From: an uncultured virus (IMG/VR IMGVR_UViG_3300010048_000003) | Taxonomy: Duplodnaviria > Heunggongvirae > Uroviricota > Caudoviricetes | Length of the DNA stretch: 64,000 nucleotides | Virus record (IMG/VR): IMGVR_UViG_3300010048_000003 | Direction: 5' to 3' (one strand) | Part shown: piece after piece, positions 38,704 through 49,152 of the stretch | How the letters are laid out: each line of letters opens with the position of its first letter | Position numbering within the stretch: the stretch's first letter is position 1 | Made by a program: the position numbers and the translations under genes | The notes under the pieces: generated by a model | Told to the model about the DNA's origin: nothing | Database searches by the model: none | What the model saw: the letters and a program-made list of their open reading frames with translations, nothing else

Positions 38704-39075
38704 ATGACTGTCACGATGGAGTTTCCGCAAGAGACCGCGATGCCGGTCCAGCAGATGGCTATGTACTTCCCACAGGGGAATGACATCCAGGTGACTGCGC
38801 ACTATCCGAATATTCCATCAGGAACTGCCGGAGCAAAGTCGGAGTTCTACTATAAGACTGACCGGACGGTTCCGGACAATGACCCGACGACGAAGGTGTA
38901 TACGGCGCAGGTTGTTGATGATCCCAACAACCAGACGGCGACGATGTCGCAGTTCCTGATCCCGGCGGCCGACAATGGCGTAGTCGGATCACAGTGGTGG
39001 AGGATCGACGTAATCGATCAGTACAGCAACAGGAGTACGGTCGGGTTCGGGATACTGCTAGTGGAGGCTGTGTGA
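38704..39075 (+). CDS. Structural/adaptor protein
   Basis: beta-rich; QGND...WWRIDV..GILLV. Confidence 0.55.
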   Translation: MTVTMEFPQETAMPVQQMAMYFPQGNDIQVTAHYPNIPSGTAGAKSEFYYKTDRTVPDNDPTTKVYTAQVVDDPNNQTATMSQFLIPAADNGVVGSQWWRIDVIDQYSNRSTVGFGILLVEAV

Positions 39076-39332
39076 TGGCTCAGTCAGAAGAGCATTCAAA
39101 TATGCCGGCTCAGCTCCTGAAGTACTGGACTGAAGGAGCCGGAGCGGCCAAGCTTCACTGGGGAGTTCCCGGTGACTTTGATACCTGCCTCGCGGTAGTT
39201 GGCAAGTACGTGCCGGCCGCGATGGTCAAGGGGATGTGCGCCAATCTACATAGGCGCGCAACCGGAGGATGGCCCGGGCATGCTCCGGGCCTAGAAGAAT
39301 CTCTCTCGGAAGCTCGGAAAAAGAGGGGCTAG
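39075..39332 (+). CDS. Small head-module protein
   Basis: YWTEGAGAAKLHWGVPGDFDTC...CANLHRRATG.WPG pattern seen in actinophage head modules. Confidence 0.65.
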   Translation: MAQSEEHSNMPAQLLKYWTEGAGAAKLHWGVPGDFDTCLAVVGKYVPAAMVKGMCANLHRRATGGWPGHAPGLEESLSEARKKRG

Positions 39333-39358
39333 ACGCGGGAGCGAAGCCGTAGTATAAT
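39330..39358 (+). promoter_or_regulatory. Promoter for scaffold/capsid genes
   Basis: TAGACG-N17-TATAAT. Confidence 0.7.
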
Positions 39359-39386
39359 CGCGCTAGGTACGATGGGAGTGTAGCTG

Positions 39387-40049
39387 ATGAGCGCAGACGC
39401 AGGAGATGCCGGTACTGGCCCCGCAACGGGGCAAGGTTCTCCAGCCGGAACGGCAGGCGTAGGCTCTACTGACGACGCTGATGGCACAACCGGCCAGCTC
39501 GAAGGTCAGGGCGAAGGGGCGCAATCCGATGAGGATCTTGCTGCCCAGGTAGTCCACTGGAAGGAAATGGCCAAGAAGAACGAGCGGCGGGCCAAGGAGA
39601 ACTCCGCAGCGGCGGCTCGGCTCAAGACCATCGACCAGGCCAATATGACTGAGCTTGAGAAAGCTCAGGCGGCACAGAGGGAAGCGGAAGCAGCTCGTGA
39701 CGAAGCGCTGGCAACGCACGCTCGCGTCATGGCTGCGGCCGCTCACAACCTTCCCGTGGAACTCATTGATATCCTCGGCACCGGAACGGACGATGAGATC
39801 AATGAGCGAGCAGAGCTACTCCAGACATCAATCGAAGAGATGGCTCAGGAGATAGCGGAACAGCTCATAGCCGACAAGGTAGCTTCTGGGGAGCTAGTAG
39901 TCGGTCAAGGCGCGAACCGGAACGGCGCTGCGCCGCAACAGCAACTGGCCGCACGGCCGGTTGAGTCCTTGAGGCCGGGTTCGGCCCCAGCTGGCGCAAC
40001 GCCAAACACACCAGAGCAATGGTTCCGCCAACTGCTCCACGGATCGTAG
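39387..40049 (+). CDS. Capsid scaffolding protein
   Basis: WKEMAKKNE..AKEN, MTELEKA, coiled coil; directly before the capsid gene. Confidence 0.8.
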   Translation: MSADAGDAGTGPATGQGSPAGTAGVGSTDDADGTTGQLEGQGEGAQSDEDLAAQVVHWKEMAKKNERRAKENSAAAARLKTIDQANMTELEKAQAAQREAEAARDEALATHARVMAAAAHNLPVELIDILGTGTDDEINERAELLQTSIEEMAQEIAEQLIADKVASGELVVGQGANRNGAAPQQQLAARPVESLRPGSAPAGATPNTPEQWFRQLLHGS

Positions 40050-40084
40050 CGTTACAGTTCCGCTGTGACGCGGAAGGGCCTTCA

Positions 40085-41224
40085 ATGGCTGGCGTTTACA
40101 ACGAGGGTATCTTCAGGAGTTCAGGAACTCCTGACCCTCTCGTGCCGCAGCCCCTTGCTGCGACCATTATCCAGGAAGCCCCAAAGGCTTCCGCCGCACT
40201 CACGCTCATGAACCGGACGACCCTGTCCTCGAAGACCCAGCGCATGCCAGTGCTCGACGTGCTGCCCATGGCGTACTGGGTCGGCGGCGACACCGGCATG
40301 AAGCAGACGACCCAGATGGCATGGCAGAACGTCATCATGGTCGTCGAGGAACTCGCTTGCATCGTGCCGATCCCGATCGCATACCTTGACGATGCGGAGG
40401 TGCCGCTCTGGGCGCAGGTTCAGCCCAGGATCACCGAAGCGGTCGGGGCGCTGATCGACTCGGCCGTGCTGTGGGGAATCAACAAGCCGACTACCTGGGG
40501 CGAGTCTGTCTACGTCGGCGCGTGTAACTCTCAGCACTACGTCCTTGAGGGCGCGGGCGTTGACCTTGGTCAGGATGTCTCGACTCTCGGCCAGATGATG
40601 GCTCAGACCGGGTACACCCTCTCGGGCTTCGCTGCGATGCCGGGCATGAACTGGAAGCTGGTCGGAATCCGGTCGGCTCAGGGCATCCCGATCTACCAGC
40701 CGGACATGACCGGCAAGCCGGGCGGCACGCTTTACGGTTACCCGCTCTCGGAAGTCAACAACGGTTCATGGCAGATGCCGACGCTGACGTCCGGTGCGAC
40801 GTTGCTCTGCGGCGACTTCTCCAAGGCCATCATCGGCATGCGGCAGGACATCTCCTTCAAGATGTTCACCGAGGGTGTCATCTCGGACGACACCGGCAAG
40901 GTCATCCTCAACCTCATGCAGCAGGACGCTGTGGCGATGCGGATGGTCATGCGTCTCGCCTACGCGACCGTCAACCCCGTCACCGTCCTGAACAAGGGCA
41001 AGACGATTACCCAGCGGTGGCCGTTCGGGACTGTTCTGGCCAAGGGCTTCACGACGCCGCCGCCGTCCGCCCCAATCAACGTCATCGGCACCTACCCCGG
41101 TGGCACGATGGCCGCCGTCGAGGGGGCGGTCGTCAATGAAGAGGATGCCGCCGAGGAGGAGGCAAGTACTCCTGCCAGGTCGCACTCTCGGCGCGGCACC
41201 CGCACGAATGGTGGAGAGGAGTAA
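40085..41224 (+). CDS. Major capsid protein (HK97 fold)
   Basis: LVPQPLAATII, RMPVL..LPMAYWVG, EELACIVPIP, GDFS, NLMQQDAVAMR. Confidence 0.9.
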   Translation: MAGVYNEGIFRSSGTPDPLVPQPLAATIIQEAPKASAALTLMNRTTLSSKTQRMPVLDVLPMAYWVGGDTGMKQTTQMAWQNVIMVVEELACIVPIPIAYLDDAEVPLWAQVQPRITEAVGALIDSAVLWGINKPTTWGESVYVGACNSQHYVLEGAGVDLGQDVSTLGQMMAQTGYTLSGFAAMPGMNWKLVGIRSAQGIPIYQPDMTGKPGGTLYGYPLSEVNNGSWQMPTLTSGATLLCGDFSKAIIGMRQDISFKMFTEGVISDDTGKVILNLMQQDAVAMRMVMRLAYATVNPVTVLNKGKTITQRWPFGTVLAKGFTTPPPSAPINVIGTYPGGTMAAVEGAVVNEEDAAEEEASTPARSHSRRGTRTNGGEE

Positions 41225-41229
41225 CAGTC

Positions 41230-41877
41230 ATGGGAACGCTGCCCAGCCTTGCCACGCCCGATGATATCGCGGCGAGGCTGGGCCGCAACCTCAACCAGGT
41301 GGAAGCCGCGCGTGTGCAAGGACTGCTTGACGACGGGTCAGGTATCCTACGCCGATACTGTCGGCGTGACTTCCTGTACTACACCAGCGACACGATCACG
41401 ACCACGGCCGACGGCGGTATCATCAAGCTGACGTCATGGAAGCCGATTCAGTCGATCGATAAGATTGTGGCGCTATCCGGCACGCCTGGTATCCAGGACA
41501 TCCAGGTGACCTGGTACCACTTTGATGCTGTCGACAAGATCACCGTGTTCAACCCGTCGCTATCCGGCATCATCAACCTGCCGGAGATCTGGTACGAAGA
41601 GACATTCTGGTGGGGCGGCTCATTCACGGTCACCGGCGCGCATGGATTTGCTGACGTCCCGGCTGACGTCGTCGCCGTGTTGTGCAACGCGTGCTGCTCC
41701 GAGCTAGCGACGCCTACGCAGTCCGCAACTCTGATGAGTGAGTCTGTTGGGGCTTACTCGTTCTCGATGCGTCGTACGTCCGGCGCGGGATTGAATGCCG
41801 CGCTCATCGATGCCGGTATGAAGACCGCTCTACAAGATTACAGGCAATCGTACGGAACAATGAAGGTGAAGCTGTAA
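41230..41877 (+). CDS. Head-to-tail adaptor
   Basis: LATPDDIAARLGR...ESVGAYS. Confidence 0.8.
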   Translation: MGTLPSLATPDDIAARLGRNLNQVEAARVQGLLDDGSGILRRYCRRDFLYYTSDTITTTADGGIIKLTSWKPIQSIDKIVALSGTPGIQDIQVTWYHFDAVDKITVFNPSLSGIINLPEIWYEETFWWGGSFTVTGAHGFADVPADVVAVLCNACCSELATPTQSATLMSESVGAYSFSMRRTSGAGLNAALIDAGMKTALQDYRQSYGTMKVKL

Positions 41878-42155
41878 TGACCGTTAGCTGCGCTATGAAT
41901 GCCGCGCCGAGTTCGCCGAACCATGGCGACACGGTTACCGTTACGTACACTGTTGATGGGAACGACCCGATCTCTCCGCAGACCGTGTCTATCACCGGCA
42001 CGGTCGTGGTCGGCGGCGTCAGTCAGGACGTCTCAACCTCGATCACGCTGCCAGGGACTCCGGCCGCGTCCGTCTCGTACGAGGTGCCGGTTTGCTCCGG
42101 TCTCTCATTCGTCTCAACGTCCGATCCATCAGTGTTCACAGCGGTCGTTCCGTGA
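41877..42155 (+). CDS. Small Ig-like beta protein
   Basis: T/V-rich beta-strand pattern; TAATG coupling. Confidence 0.55.
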   Translation: MTVSCAMNAAPSSPNHGDTVTVTYTVDGNDPISPQTVSITGTVVVGGVSQDVSTSITLPGTPAASVSYEVPVCSGLSFVSTSDPSVFTAVVP

Positions 42156-42289
42156 CAGTGACGATCTCCGGCGTGGTTGTCGTGGGCGGGGTTAGATACC
42201 CGCTCACGACGGAGGTCGTATTGCCTGATTCTGATTCCGCGCCTGCGGAGGAGGTGAAGTTATGCCTATCGACTGGCAGTGGGTGGTGA
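42152..42289 (+). CDS. Small partial duplicate of the preceding gene
   Basis: TVTISGVVVVGGV resembles TVSITGTVVVGGV; GTGA overlap; in-frame TTA at 42260. Confidence 0.45.
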   Translation: MTVTISGVVVVGGVRYPLTTEVVLPDSDSAPAEEVKLCLSTGSGW

Positions 42290-42630
42290 TGAAGAACTTC
42301 GCCGTGTCCATGACACTGGTGCGGCGGGTATTGAGCGGTACGCTGGATGAGTACGGCAATGACGTATACAACGATGTGTTGATCCAGGTTCCGCAGTGCG
42401 TGTTCGTCCCTGCCGGCAGTTCCGAGAATCTTATCTTCACTGACCAGGTTTCTCAGACAGATACCATATTCTTCCCGCCTGGTATTGTTGTTACCGCGCT
42501 CGACGCGGTAATCTACAACGGGGACACTTACGAGATCCAGGGTGAGCCGAGCTACTGGACGTCACCATTCTCCGGGCGGGAATCTCCCATCCGGATCAAT
42601 GTGACTCGGATTACGGGCGTGACGGTATGA
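42262..42630 (+). CDS. Head-to-tail stopper
   Basis: DEYGN...YEIQGEPSYWTSPFSG. Confidence 0.75.
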   Translation: MPIDWQWVVMKNFAVSMTLVRRVLSGTLDEYGNDVYNDVLIQVPQCVFVPAGSSENLIFTDQVSQTDTIFFPPGIVVTALDAVIYNGDTYEIQGEPSYWTSPFSGRESPIRINVTRITGVTV

Positions 42631-42962
42631 CTGATGCCTCGTTTACCGCAAAGCCTGATGGCGTCCACAAGATGCTTAATTCACACGACATGGTTCGCGC
42701 AATGGAAATGCATGCTGAAGAGATCCGTATGCGTGCCGAGGTTATTGCTCCGATCTATACCGGGAAGGATGATCCACACCCAGGGCGTTACAAGGCAAGC
42801 TTCAAGGTGAAGTCACATACTGATGGAGGTGCTACGTTCGATAGAGCGGAAGCCTTTGTCTACAATGACGCGCCGGAAGCGTTCTTTGTAGAGTTCGCTC
42901 ACTGGGGCGCTGAGCCGGAACACATTCTAGCACGGGCGGCGTTCCGCCCATTCAACGGGTGA
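42627..42962 (+). CDS. Neck protein (HK97 gp10-like position)
   Basis: AP...GRYKASF...AFFVEF..HILARAA. Confidence 0.7.
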   Translation: MTDASFTAKPDGVHKMLNSHDMVRAMEMHAEEIRMRAEVIAPIYTGKDDPHPGRYKASFKVKSHTDGGATFDRAEAFVYNDAPEAFFVEFAHWGAEPEHILARAAFRPFNG

Positions 42963-43360
42963 TGGCGATGACTGTTCCAGTATTCCCTGATCCCGAGACG
43001 ATGTTGCTCACATTGCTTGCCCCGGCGAATCCTAGCTATCGATTTGCTACGATCATGCCGGCGTCGAATCCTGACACGATAACTGTACTTATCCGGCGTA
43101 CCGGCGGCGGCAATAAACATATAGGACTTGACCGGCCTACTATTGACATTGATATATTTGGACCTAAGCCCCAGGTTGGGAATGTCTCTGCTGCTGCGCG
43201 GGATATCCAATCGCAAATCTTGTCGCTCATGAGCGCGATGGCACCGAACGGAGGAGTTATACAGCACGCCTCAACTATAACTGGTCCTAGACAACTTCCA
43301 GAGGTGAACCCAAACTACGTCCGCTATTCCGCAACATACGAACTTCAAACTCATTCCTAG
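42962..43360 (+). CDS. Tail terminator
   Basis: RRTGG...LDRPTIDID...RYSATY. Confidence 0.75.
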   Translation: MAMTVPVFPDPETMLLTLLAPANPSYRFATIMPASNPDTITVLIRRTGGGNKHIGLDRPTIDIDIFGPKPQVGNVSAAARDIQSQILSLMSAMAPNGGVIQHASTITGPRQLPEVNPNYVRYSATYELQTHS

Positions 43361-43370
43361 GAGGAATGTA

Positions 43371-44093
43371 ATGTCACCTACAAAGCAAGACTCAGCAGCA
43401 GAAGCCTATGACCTTCCCGTTCCGCTCGCAGGCTTGCCTACCCCTTCCACCGGCACGTACAAGAACTCCGACATGCTCTACGCGGCCGGGGATGTCGTCA
43501 TCTGGGTCGGGCAGCCGAACAACGCATCGCCGCCGACGGGCTTTGAGGACCCATCCTCGCTCGGTGTCGGCGTCTACAAGTGCTGTGGATGGGCCGACGT
43601 AGCCGGTTACATCTTCAAGCTCGACGAGACCATCAAGGACATCCCGGCAGCCGGGCTGCTGACGCCGGTGCGGTCGATCCTTACCGGCGGCGTCAAGACG
43701 GCTCAGGCTACCTTCCTGGAGGCGCTCAATCCGTACGTTCGTTCCCTGTACGATGACATACCGGTCTTCCCGGTGACGTCCTCGCCGCTCAAGCCGCCCA
43801 CGACCGCGACCACGGCCCTGCCGGCGAACTCGGTCACGTACATCTTGCCGGACCCACCGGCCGACAACCGGTACTCATTCATCTTCGACTCAATCGACGG
43901 CGCGAAGCGACAGCGCTTGTACGCGCCGTTCGCGAAGGTCACCGCGCGTGGCAACGACCAGGTCCAGCAGGGCGACATCGTCATGACAGACATGACGGTT
44001 ACGTTCTACCCCGGCACGATCGGGACCACCACCAACGCGGTCGTCCAGCGGACGATTAACTACGGCGAGTCGATGACGACGTACTTCACGTGA
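43371..44093 (+). CDS. Major tail protein
   Basis: Position; FIFDSIDG.KRQRLY...VTFYP. Confidence 0.8.
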   Translation: MSPTKQDSAAEAYDLPVPLAGLPTPSTGTYKNSDMLYAAGDVVIWVGQPNNASPPTGFEDPSSLGVGVYKCCGWADVAGYIFKLDETIKDIPAAGLLTPVRSILTGGVKTAQATFLEALNPYVRSLYDDIPVFPVTSSPLKPPTTATTALPANSVTYILPDPPADNRYSFIFDSIDGAKRQRLYAPFAKVTARGNDQVQQGDIVMTDMTVTFYPGTIGTTTNAVVQRTINYGESMTTYFT

Positions 44094-44916
44094 TGAGTGA
44101 GGACTTGGGACTGGGACCGGTAACCCCAGAAGAAGTTTCCGTCGACATCGACCTGGACCTCATGGACGAGATCCTGCGCAAGGAGGTCGTCGGCGAACCG
44201 ACAACGGTCAAGCTTGACGGCAAGATCGTTCACGTGTCCCATGCCAAGAGCTGGTCATCTACCGCGATGCGTGCGGCGGCGGCCGGTGACTGGGACACGT
44301 GGGCTCGCGAGGTCATCGATGACGATGCGGAGTTCCAGACATGGGTCGCAGCCGACCTGCGTAACTACCAGGTCGAGGCAGTGTTCAACGAGTGCGGTAG
44401 GCAGTCTCGGATGAACATGGGAAAATCCAGAAAGCGCTCTGGATCACCACAGAATTCCCGGAGGAGGTAGAGGCAGATCTACAGCGCTATTATGGTATAG
44501 CTCTGGCTAGTCTCGGCGCGGAACTTTCGTGGCGTAAGCTGCTAGTGCTAGTCGAATTTCTTCCGCCGGAGGGTGCGTTGAATACTGCGATTCGGAATCG
44601 GACGCCGGAAGAGCAGCTTGATGCGTCGGCTGGTGATCCAGCACAGGCTCCCTGGAGTACTGTTGAGACACTCCTAGCTTCCCTGATTGATGAGATTAGG
44701 CACCAGAGCTGGATGTATGCTTCAGTAAACTCAAAGTCTGGGAACATACGGCGGCCTGAGCCTATTCGTCGTCCTGGTGGTACGAAGCGTAGGGGTCGAA
44801 AGATCTTGCGCATGAGTGATGTCCGGGCGCTCGACCCGCGCATGAGGGACATGAGTGACAACGAGATACGCAAACTGATGAACAGCCCTAGCTTCCTGGA
44901 GGTGCCCGATGACTGA
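44093..44916 (+). CDS. Tail assembly chaperone pair (short form ends at 44470; long form via -1 frameshift)
   Basis: Slippery G GGA AAA at 44419-44425; -1 frame open to 44916 (VEADLQRYYG..LSWRKL). Confidence 0.85.
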
Positions 44917-47900
44917 TATCGTCGTAGGATCAGTTTCAGTCGGCGTCGTGCCGGACGCTAGAGGCTGGGATGAGAAGATGCGGCAGCAGATTGTCGAGCC
45001 GTCTCGGGCTATAGGCGATGAAGCCGGAACGGAGATGGGCAAGGCAATCACCGACAAGATGGGTAAGTCAGGAGATTCAGCAGGAGGTGCGTTCGACAAG
45101 GAATTCAAGAGGCGTATAAAGGCTGCGCTTGATTCACTACCGAAAGCGCAGCTTGACGCCGACTCGACGCAACTCGATCAGAGACTTGATGGTATACGCG
45201 TCAGGATCAAGGAGATCTATGATTCAAAACTGATAGATCCGACAAAAGCGGCTCACGAGATCGATCGTATCATGCTTGACCTGAAGAGGCTCAAGCTCGA
45301 AGCCGGCAAAGACATGCCGCTCAACATAAGCTACGACTCGCAAAAGGCTTTGGACATCCTCTATAAGCTGCGCGGGATTGGGCCACAAGGCGCTACGAAG
45401 GGTGGTCTACTCTCTACCATATCAAAGGATGTATCGGGTCTTGAGAATGCTGCGAACAGCCTATCGGGCGCAACCTCGGCGGGTACCGGTATCTTTGGCA
45501 GCCTTTCGAGTCTTTTTGACAGATTCACAGGGTTCTTCGGCGGGGGCGGTGGCGGCGGTGGCGCTGGCGGAGTAGCCGGGGAAGTTGCCTCTGGTGGCGA
45601 GAGTGCTGGCATGGGTCTCTCAGGACTTCTCACGTCACCTGCAGCTATTACGGCTATGGTTGCTGCGGGCATCGCCGTGTTGCCGTTTATCCTACAGGCG
45701 GCTGGTAGCATAATAATTGGTACTATGGGCACCGGTATCCTTGGCCTTGGGATTATCGGCGCTCAGATGGGTGGCAAGCTTGCTAAGCCTGAAGCTCATT
45801 TCGGTGCGGATTTTTCGTCATTCCTTAAGCAGTCAGGAGCGCCCCTAGTTCCGGTTCTCACTCAAATTCTCAACTTCGCCGGTAGCTTGATGAAGACTCT
45901 GACGCCGACCTTCGTTCAGGCTATGAAGGATATTGCTCCAGCGTTCCAGCAATTTGCCGATGCCTTTATCAAGGCGCTTATGCAGCCTGGAGTTCAGAAG
46001 GCGATCATTGATGTGGCGAATGCTTTCGGGCTCATGCTACAATCTATGACTACCGTTCTGGCTAGTAACATGGCATCCTTTGCTAAGGCAATTGATGATC
46101 TAGCGAACACGATTGCGAAAAATCCACAAGTGTTTGCTGATATGATCAACTTCCTATCAAAGGCTGTCGTTCTTGCTATTGATATCGTCAACTGGGGAGC
46201 GAAAATTGCCGGGTATATTGAGAAGCATCCATTGCTTGAGGCGATACTCAAGTGGACGCTGATTCCCGGGTATGGAGTAGTCAAGACCGGGCAGGCTGCG
46301 CAAAGTAGAGGCGGGGCTGGTGGAGCGATACCGCTGTCTGATCAATGGTTTAACAACCTAGGTTCATCTTTGTGGCATGGTTTGATGAAGGCTACGTCCA
46401 CTCCTCCGGCTGGTGCGCCTGCTAAGATCTCAACTCCGTTTGTTGGTCCGGTAACTGGTGCTCGTCCAGTACTGACTCATACCTTCATAGGCCCGAGTGT
46501 ACCGTCTAATGTAGCGGCTAGCGGTATTCCTGGTGGTGGAGTTCTTCACGACATACTTCATGGAGCTATGAGTTTCCTGACATCTGGGAATATTGTACAG
46601 CCTACGACTCCAGGACAACCTGGTGTACCTGCTGGGTTCGTTGGGCCGGTAGCTGCCAAGGCGCCAATACTTGGTCCGGCGGTTCCGTATCCAGGAACGA
46701 ATGTAAAGCCTGGCATTAGCGTTCCTGGCGAACTTAATAAGTGGCTTGCGCTCGGGCCAGCGGCCGGACATATTGCGAACATAGGCGTTATGATAGGTCA
46801 TGGGTTCGAAACGGCCTATAACGTTGCTGTTCATGGTATGTCTCTATTGAGCGGTAAGATAGCGTACGGCTGGAACCGATATGTGAAGCCGTTCTTTACA
46901 AAGACTATTCCACAGAACTTCCATAACTGGTTCTTTGACGCAATACACTGGCTTGAGAAAACTGGCGAAGACCTGATTACTGGATTGTGGAATGGTGTAA
47001 CCACAATCTGGAATACTGATATCGTGCCATTCTTCACCAAGACGATACCTCAGAACTTTACGAATTGGTTCTGGGATGCGATTCACTGGCTGGAGAAGAC
47101 CGGCTCTGATATCATAACCGGTATGTGGAATGGCATCAAGACGGCCTGGACTACTGTTTCGAACTTCTTCACCAAGACGATACCGCAGAACTTCAGTAAC
47201 TGGTTCTCGAATGCTGTGACCTGGCTTACTGGTGCCGGCAAGGATATCGTCAATGGATTGCTTGCTGGCGTATCTGACTTCTTCAAGGGTGCTAGTAGCG
47301 TCAACCAGTGGTTCCATGACAATGTCTATATGCCAATCCTCACAAGCATCAAGAGCGTGTTCGGGATTTCGTCGCCTGCGAAGAAGATGCATCCTATTGG
47401 CGCGAATCTTATCACCGGTATCATACACGGCATGATGGGCGAAGGCAAGAAGATCGGCCACTTCATCGCGCAGATCTTCGGGTCGTGGCCACATGCGATT
47501 CTATCGTATGTGTCTAAGGGCTTGCTATCTGAAAAGGGTCTCCCAAAGGCGGCCATGAATGCTATTGGCAGCGCCCTAGGATGGGGGCAGAAGGCACTGA
47601 AGGGCGGTCTCGGTGCGGCTGCTAATATTCTTGGCGGCTTCTGGAACTTCATAACCGGGAAGTCAGCTGGCAAGGTCGGCGCGGGCGTAGAGCAGTGGCG
47701 CAATACTGTGTTGAAGGCGCTTGCTATAACGCATCTCCCCTCGGCATACACAGATCTTGTTCTACGTCAGATGCAAACTGAGTCGGGCGGCGATCCGAAT
47801 ATCGTCAATACATGGGACTCTAATGCTAGGGCCGGTAATCCGTCGCGCGGTCTTATGCAGACTACTGGCACTACGTTCGCGGCGTTCCACGTTCCCGGTA

Positions 47901-48244
47901 CATCATGGGACATCTACGATCCGCTTGCGAATATTGCTGCTGCGCTTAACTATGCGGTACATACTCGCGGCGTCGGGATAGGCCCCGGTAGAGGACAGCT
48001 TGGCGGTGGGTCAGGGTATGACCTTGGGGGATGGCTACCTCCGGGCGTAACGATGGCAGTGAACCGTACCGGTAAGCCAGAAGCTATATTCACCCAGGAT
48101 CAGCTTGATCGTATGGGTGGTACGCAGTATCACGCTCACTTCGACGGACTGACCGGCGCAGTTATCGAGGGTCATGTTCAGACGGCATTTAAGCTTATGG
48201 AGATGAGGAACGGCGCTCTACAAAGACAGGGGAGGCGGTCATAG
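44909..48244 (+). CDS. Tape measure protein with C-terminal lytic transglycosylase domain
   Basis: VGSVSVGVVPD start, W/F-periodic repeats, QTESGG..N.WDSNA..G.PSRGLMQ. Confidence 0.9.
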   Translation: MTDIVVGSVSVGVVPDARGWDEKMRQQIVEPSRAIGDEAGTEMGKAITDKMGKSGDSAGGAFDKEFKRRIKAALDSLPKAQLDADSTQLDQRLDGIRVRIKEIYDSKLIDPTKAAHEIDRIMLDLKRLKLEAGKDMPLNISYDSQKALDILYKLRGIGPQGATKGGLLSTISKDVSGLENAANSLSGATSAGTGIFGSLSSLFDRFTGFFGGGGGGGGAGGVAGEVASGGESAGMGLSGLLTSPAAITAMVAAGIAVLPFILQAAGSIIIGTMGTGILGLGIIGAQMGGKLAKPEAHFGADFSSFLKQSGAPLVPVLTQILNFAGSLMKTLTPTFVQAMKDIAPAFQQFADAFIKALMQPGVQKAIIDVANAFGLMLQSMTTVLASNMASFAKAIDDLANTIAKNPQVFADMINFLSKAVVLAIDIVNWGAKIAGYIEKHPLLEAILKWTLIPGYGVVKTGQAAQSRGGAGGAIPLSDQWFNNLGSSLWHGLMKATSTPPAGAPAKISTPFVGPVTGARPVLTHTFIGPSVPSNVAASGIPGGGVLHDILHGAMSFLTSGNIVQPTTPGQPGVPAGFVGPVAAKAPILGPAVPYPGTNVKPGISVPGELNKWLALGPAAGHIANIGVMIGHGFETAYNVAVHGMSLLSGKIAYGWNRYVKPFFTKTIPQNFHNWFFDAIHWLEKTGEDLITGLWNGVTTIWNTDIVPFFTKTIPQNFTNWFWDAIHWLEKTGSDIITGMWNGIKTAWTTVSNFFTKTIPQNFSNWFSNAVTWLTGAGKDIVNGLLAGVSDFFKGASSVNQWFHDNVYMPILTSIKSVFGISSPAKKMHPIGANLITGIIHGMMGEGKKIGHFIAQIFGSWPHAILSYVSKGLLSEKGLPKAAMNAIGSALGWGQKALKGGLGAAANILGGFWNFITGKSAGKVGAGVEQWRNTVLKALAITHLPSAYTDLVLRQMQTESGGDPNIVNTWDSNARAGNPSRGLMQTTGTTFAAFHVPGTSWDIYDPLANIAAALNYAVHTRGVGIGPGRGQLGGGSGYDLGGWLPPGVTMAVNRTGKPEAIFTQDQLDRMGGTQYHAHFDGLTGAVIEGHVQTAFKLMEMRNGALQRQGRRS

Positions 48245-49152
48245 TGTCAGTAGCTCCGGTACCGCTAAACATATCGTACGTCGATCCAGACGGGAACACC
48301 TGGAACTTCTCCGACTACACGATGGCGAATGGGTATTGCTGCTCGGCTATCTCCGGTATCGACGGCTTCCCTGTCATGATGCAAACACTTCCGATGCTTG
48401 ACGGTACGGCTATTCCGATCACATATCTACCTCAGCCTGGTACTGTTGGTCTAGCCATTCTGCTAGCTCGTCCTTCATCAGACGATGAGCACGACTACTA
48501 CACGCTACTTGACAATTTTGTACGTGCGTTCATATGTCGTCGTAACGAGGTACCGACTCCGGGCACGCTTATAATTCAGCGGTTCCCTCCGAACGGCCCG
48601 ACTCGGCAGATCAACGTATTTACACTGACCGGACTCGATAATCCTGATGTTGGCAAGAACAATACGATGCTGTATACGCTTGCTCTTCAAACGCCGAATC
48701 CGTTCTGGAGTGATCTTTCTGCTACTCAGGTCAATTTTTCGATGCCTGCTGCGGGTGCTGGTATTCTTCCTGAGTTGCCGGTCCAGCTTAGCAGTCCGTC
48801 TGTTTTTGGGACCAACACTGTTACGAATAATGGTACCGCGCTTGCGTGGCCTACCTGGACTATTACAGGACCGGGGACTCCAACGATAACGAATCAGACG
48901 ACAGGGTTGTCATGGGCTCTGAATACCGCTGTGCCAGCCGGACAACAAGTTCAGGTTGTGACGCAACGCGGACAGCAAATGGCTGTTAATATTACGACAG
49001 GAGCTAATGTCTGGGGTCAGCTAGTCATGAATACGCCACGTAACTTGTGGCCGCTTGTAGGCGGCCGGAACGTTATTAGCGTAACTATGCCAGGATCAAC
49101 TTCGGCATCGAAGGTGAACATGAGCTACTTTAATCAATGGAACCGAGCATGA
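48244..49152 (+). CDS. Distal tail protein
   Basis: Follows the tape measure gene; PNPFW, NNGTALAWPTWTITGP, WPL..G.N. Confidence 0.8.
   Translation: MSVAPVPLNISYVDPDGNTWNFSDYTMANGYCCSAISGIDGFPVMMQTLPMLDGTAIPITYLPQPGTVGLAILLARPSSDDEHDYYTLLDNFVRAFICRRNEVPTPGTLIIQRFPPNGPTRQINVFTLTGLDNPDVGKNNTMLYTLALQTPNPFWSDLSATQVNFSMPAAGAGILPELPVQLSSPSVFGTNTVTNNGTALAWPTWTITGPGTPTITNQTTGLSWALNTAVPAGQQVQVVTQRGQQMAVNITTGANVWGQLVMNTPRNLWPLVGGRNVISVTMPGSTSASKVNMSYFNQWNRA

Noticed and set aside
44419..44425. Frameshift site as a novelty
   Set aside because: Standard tail assembly chaperone -1 frameshift
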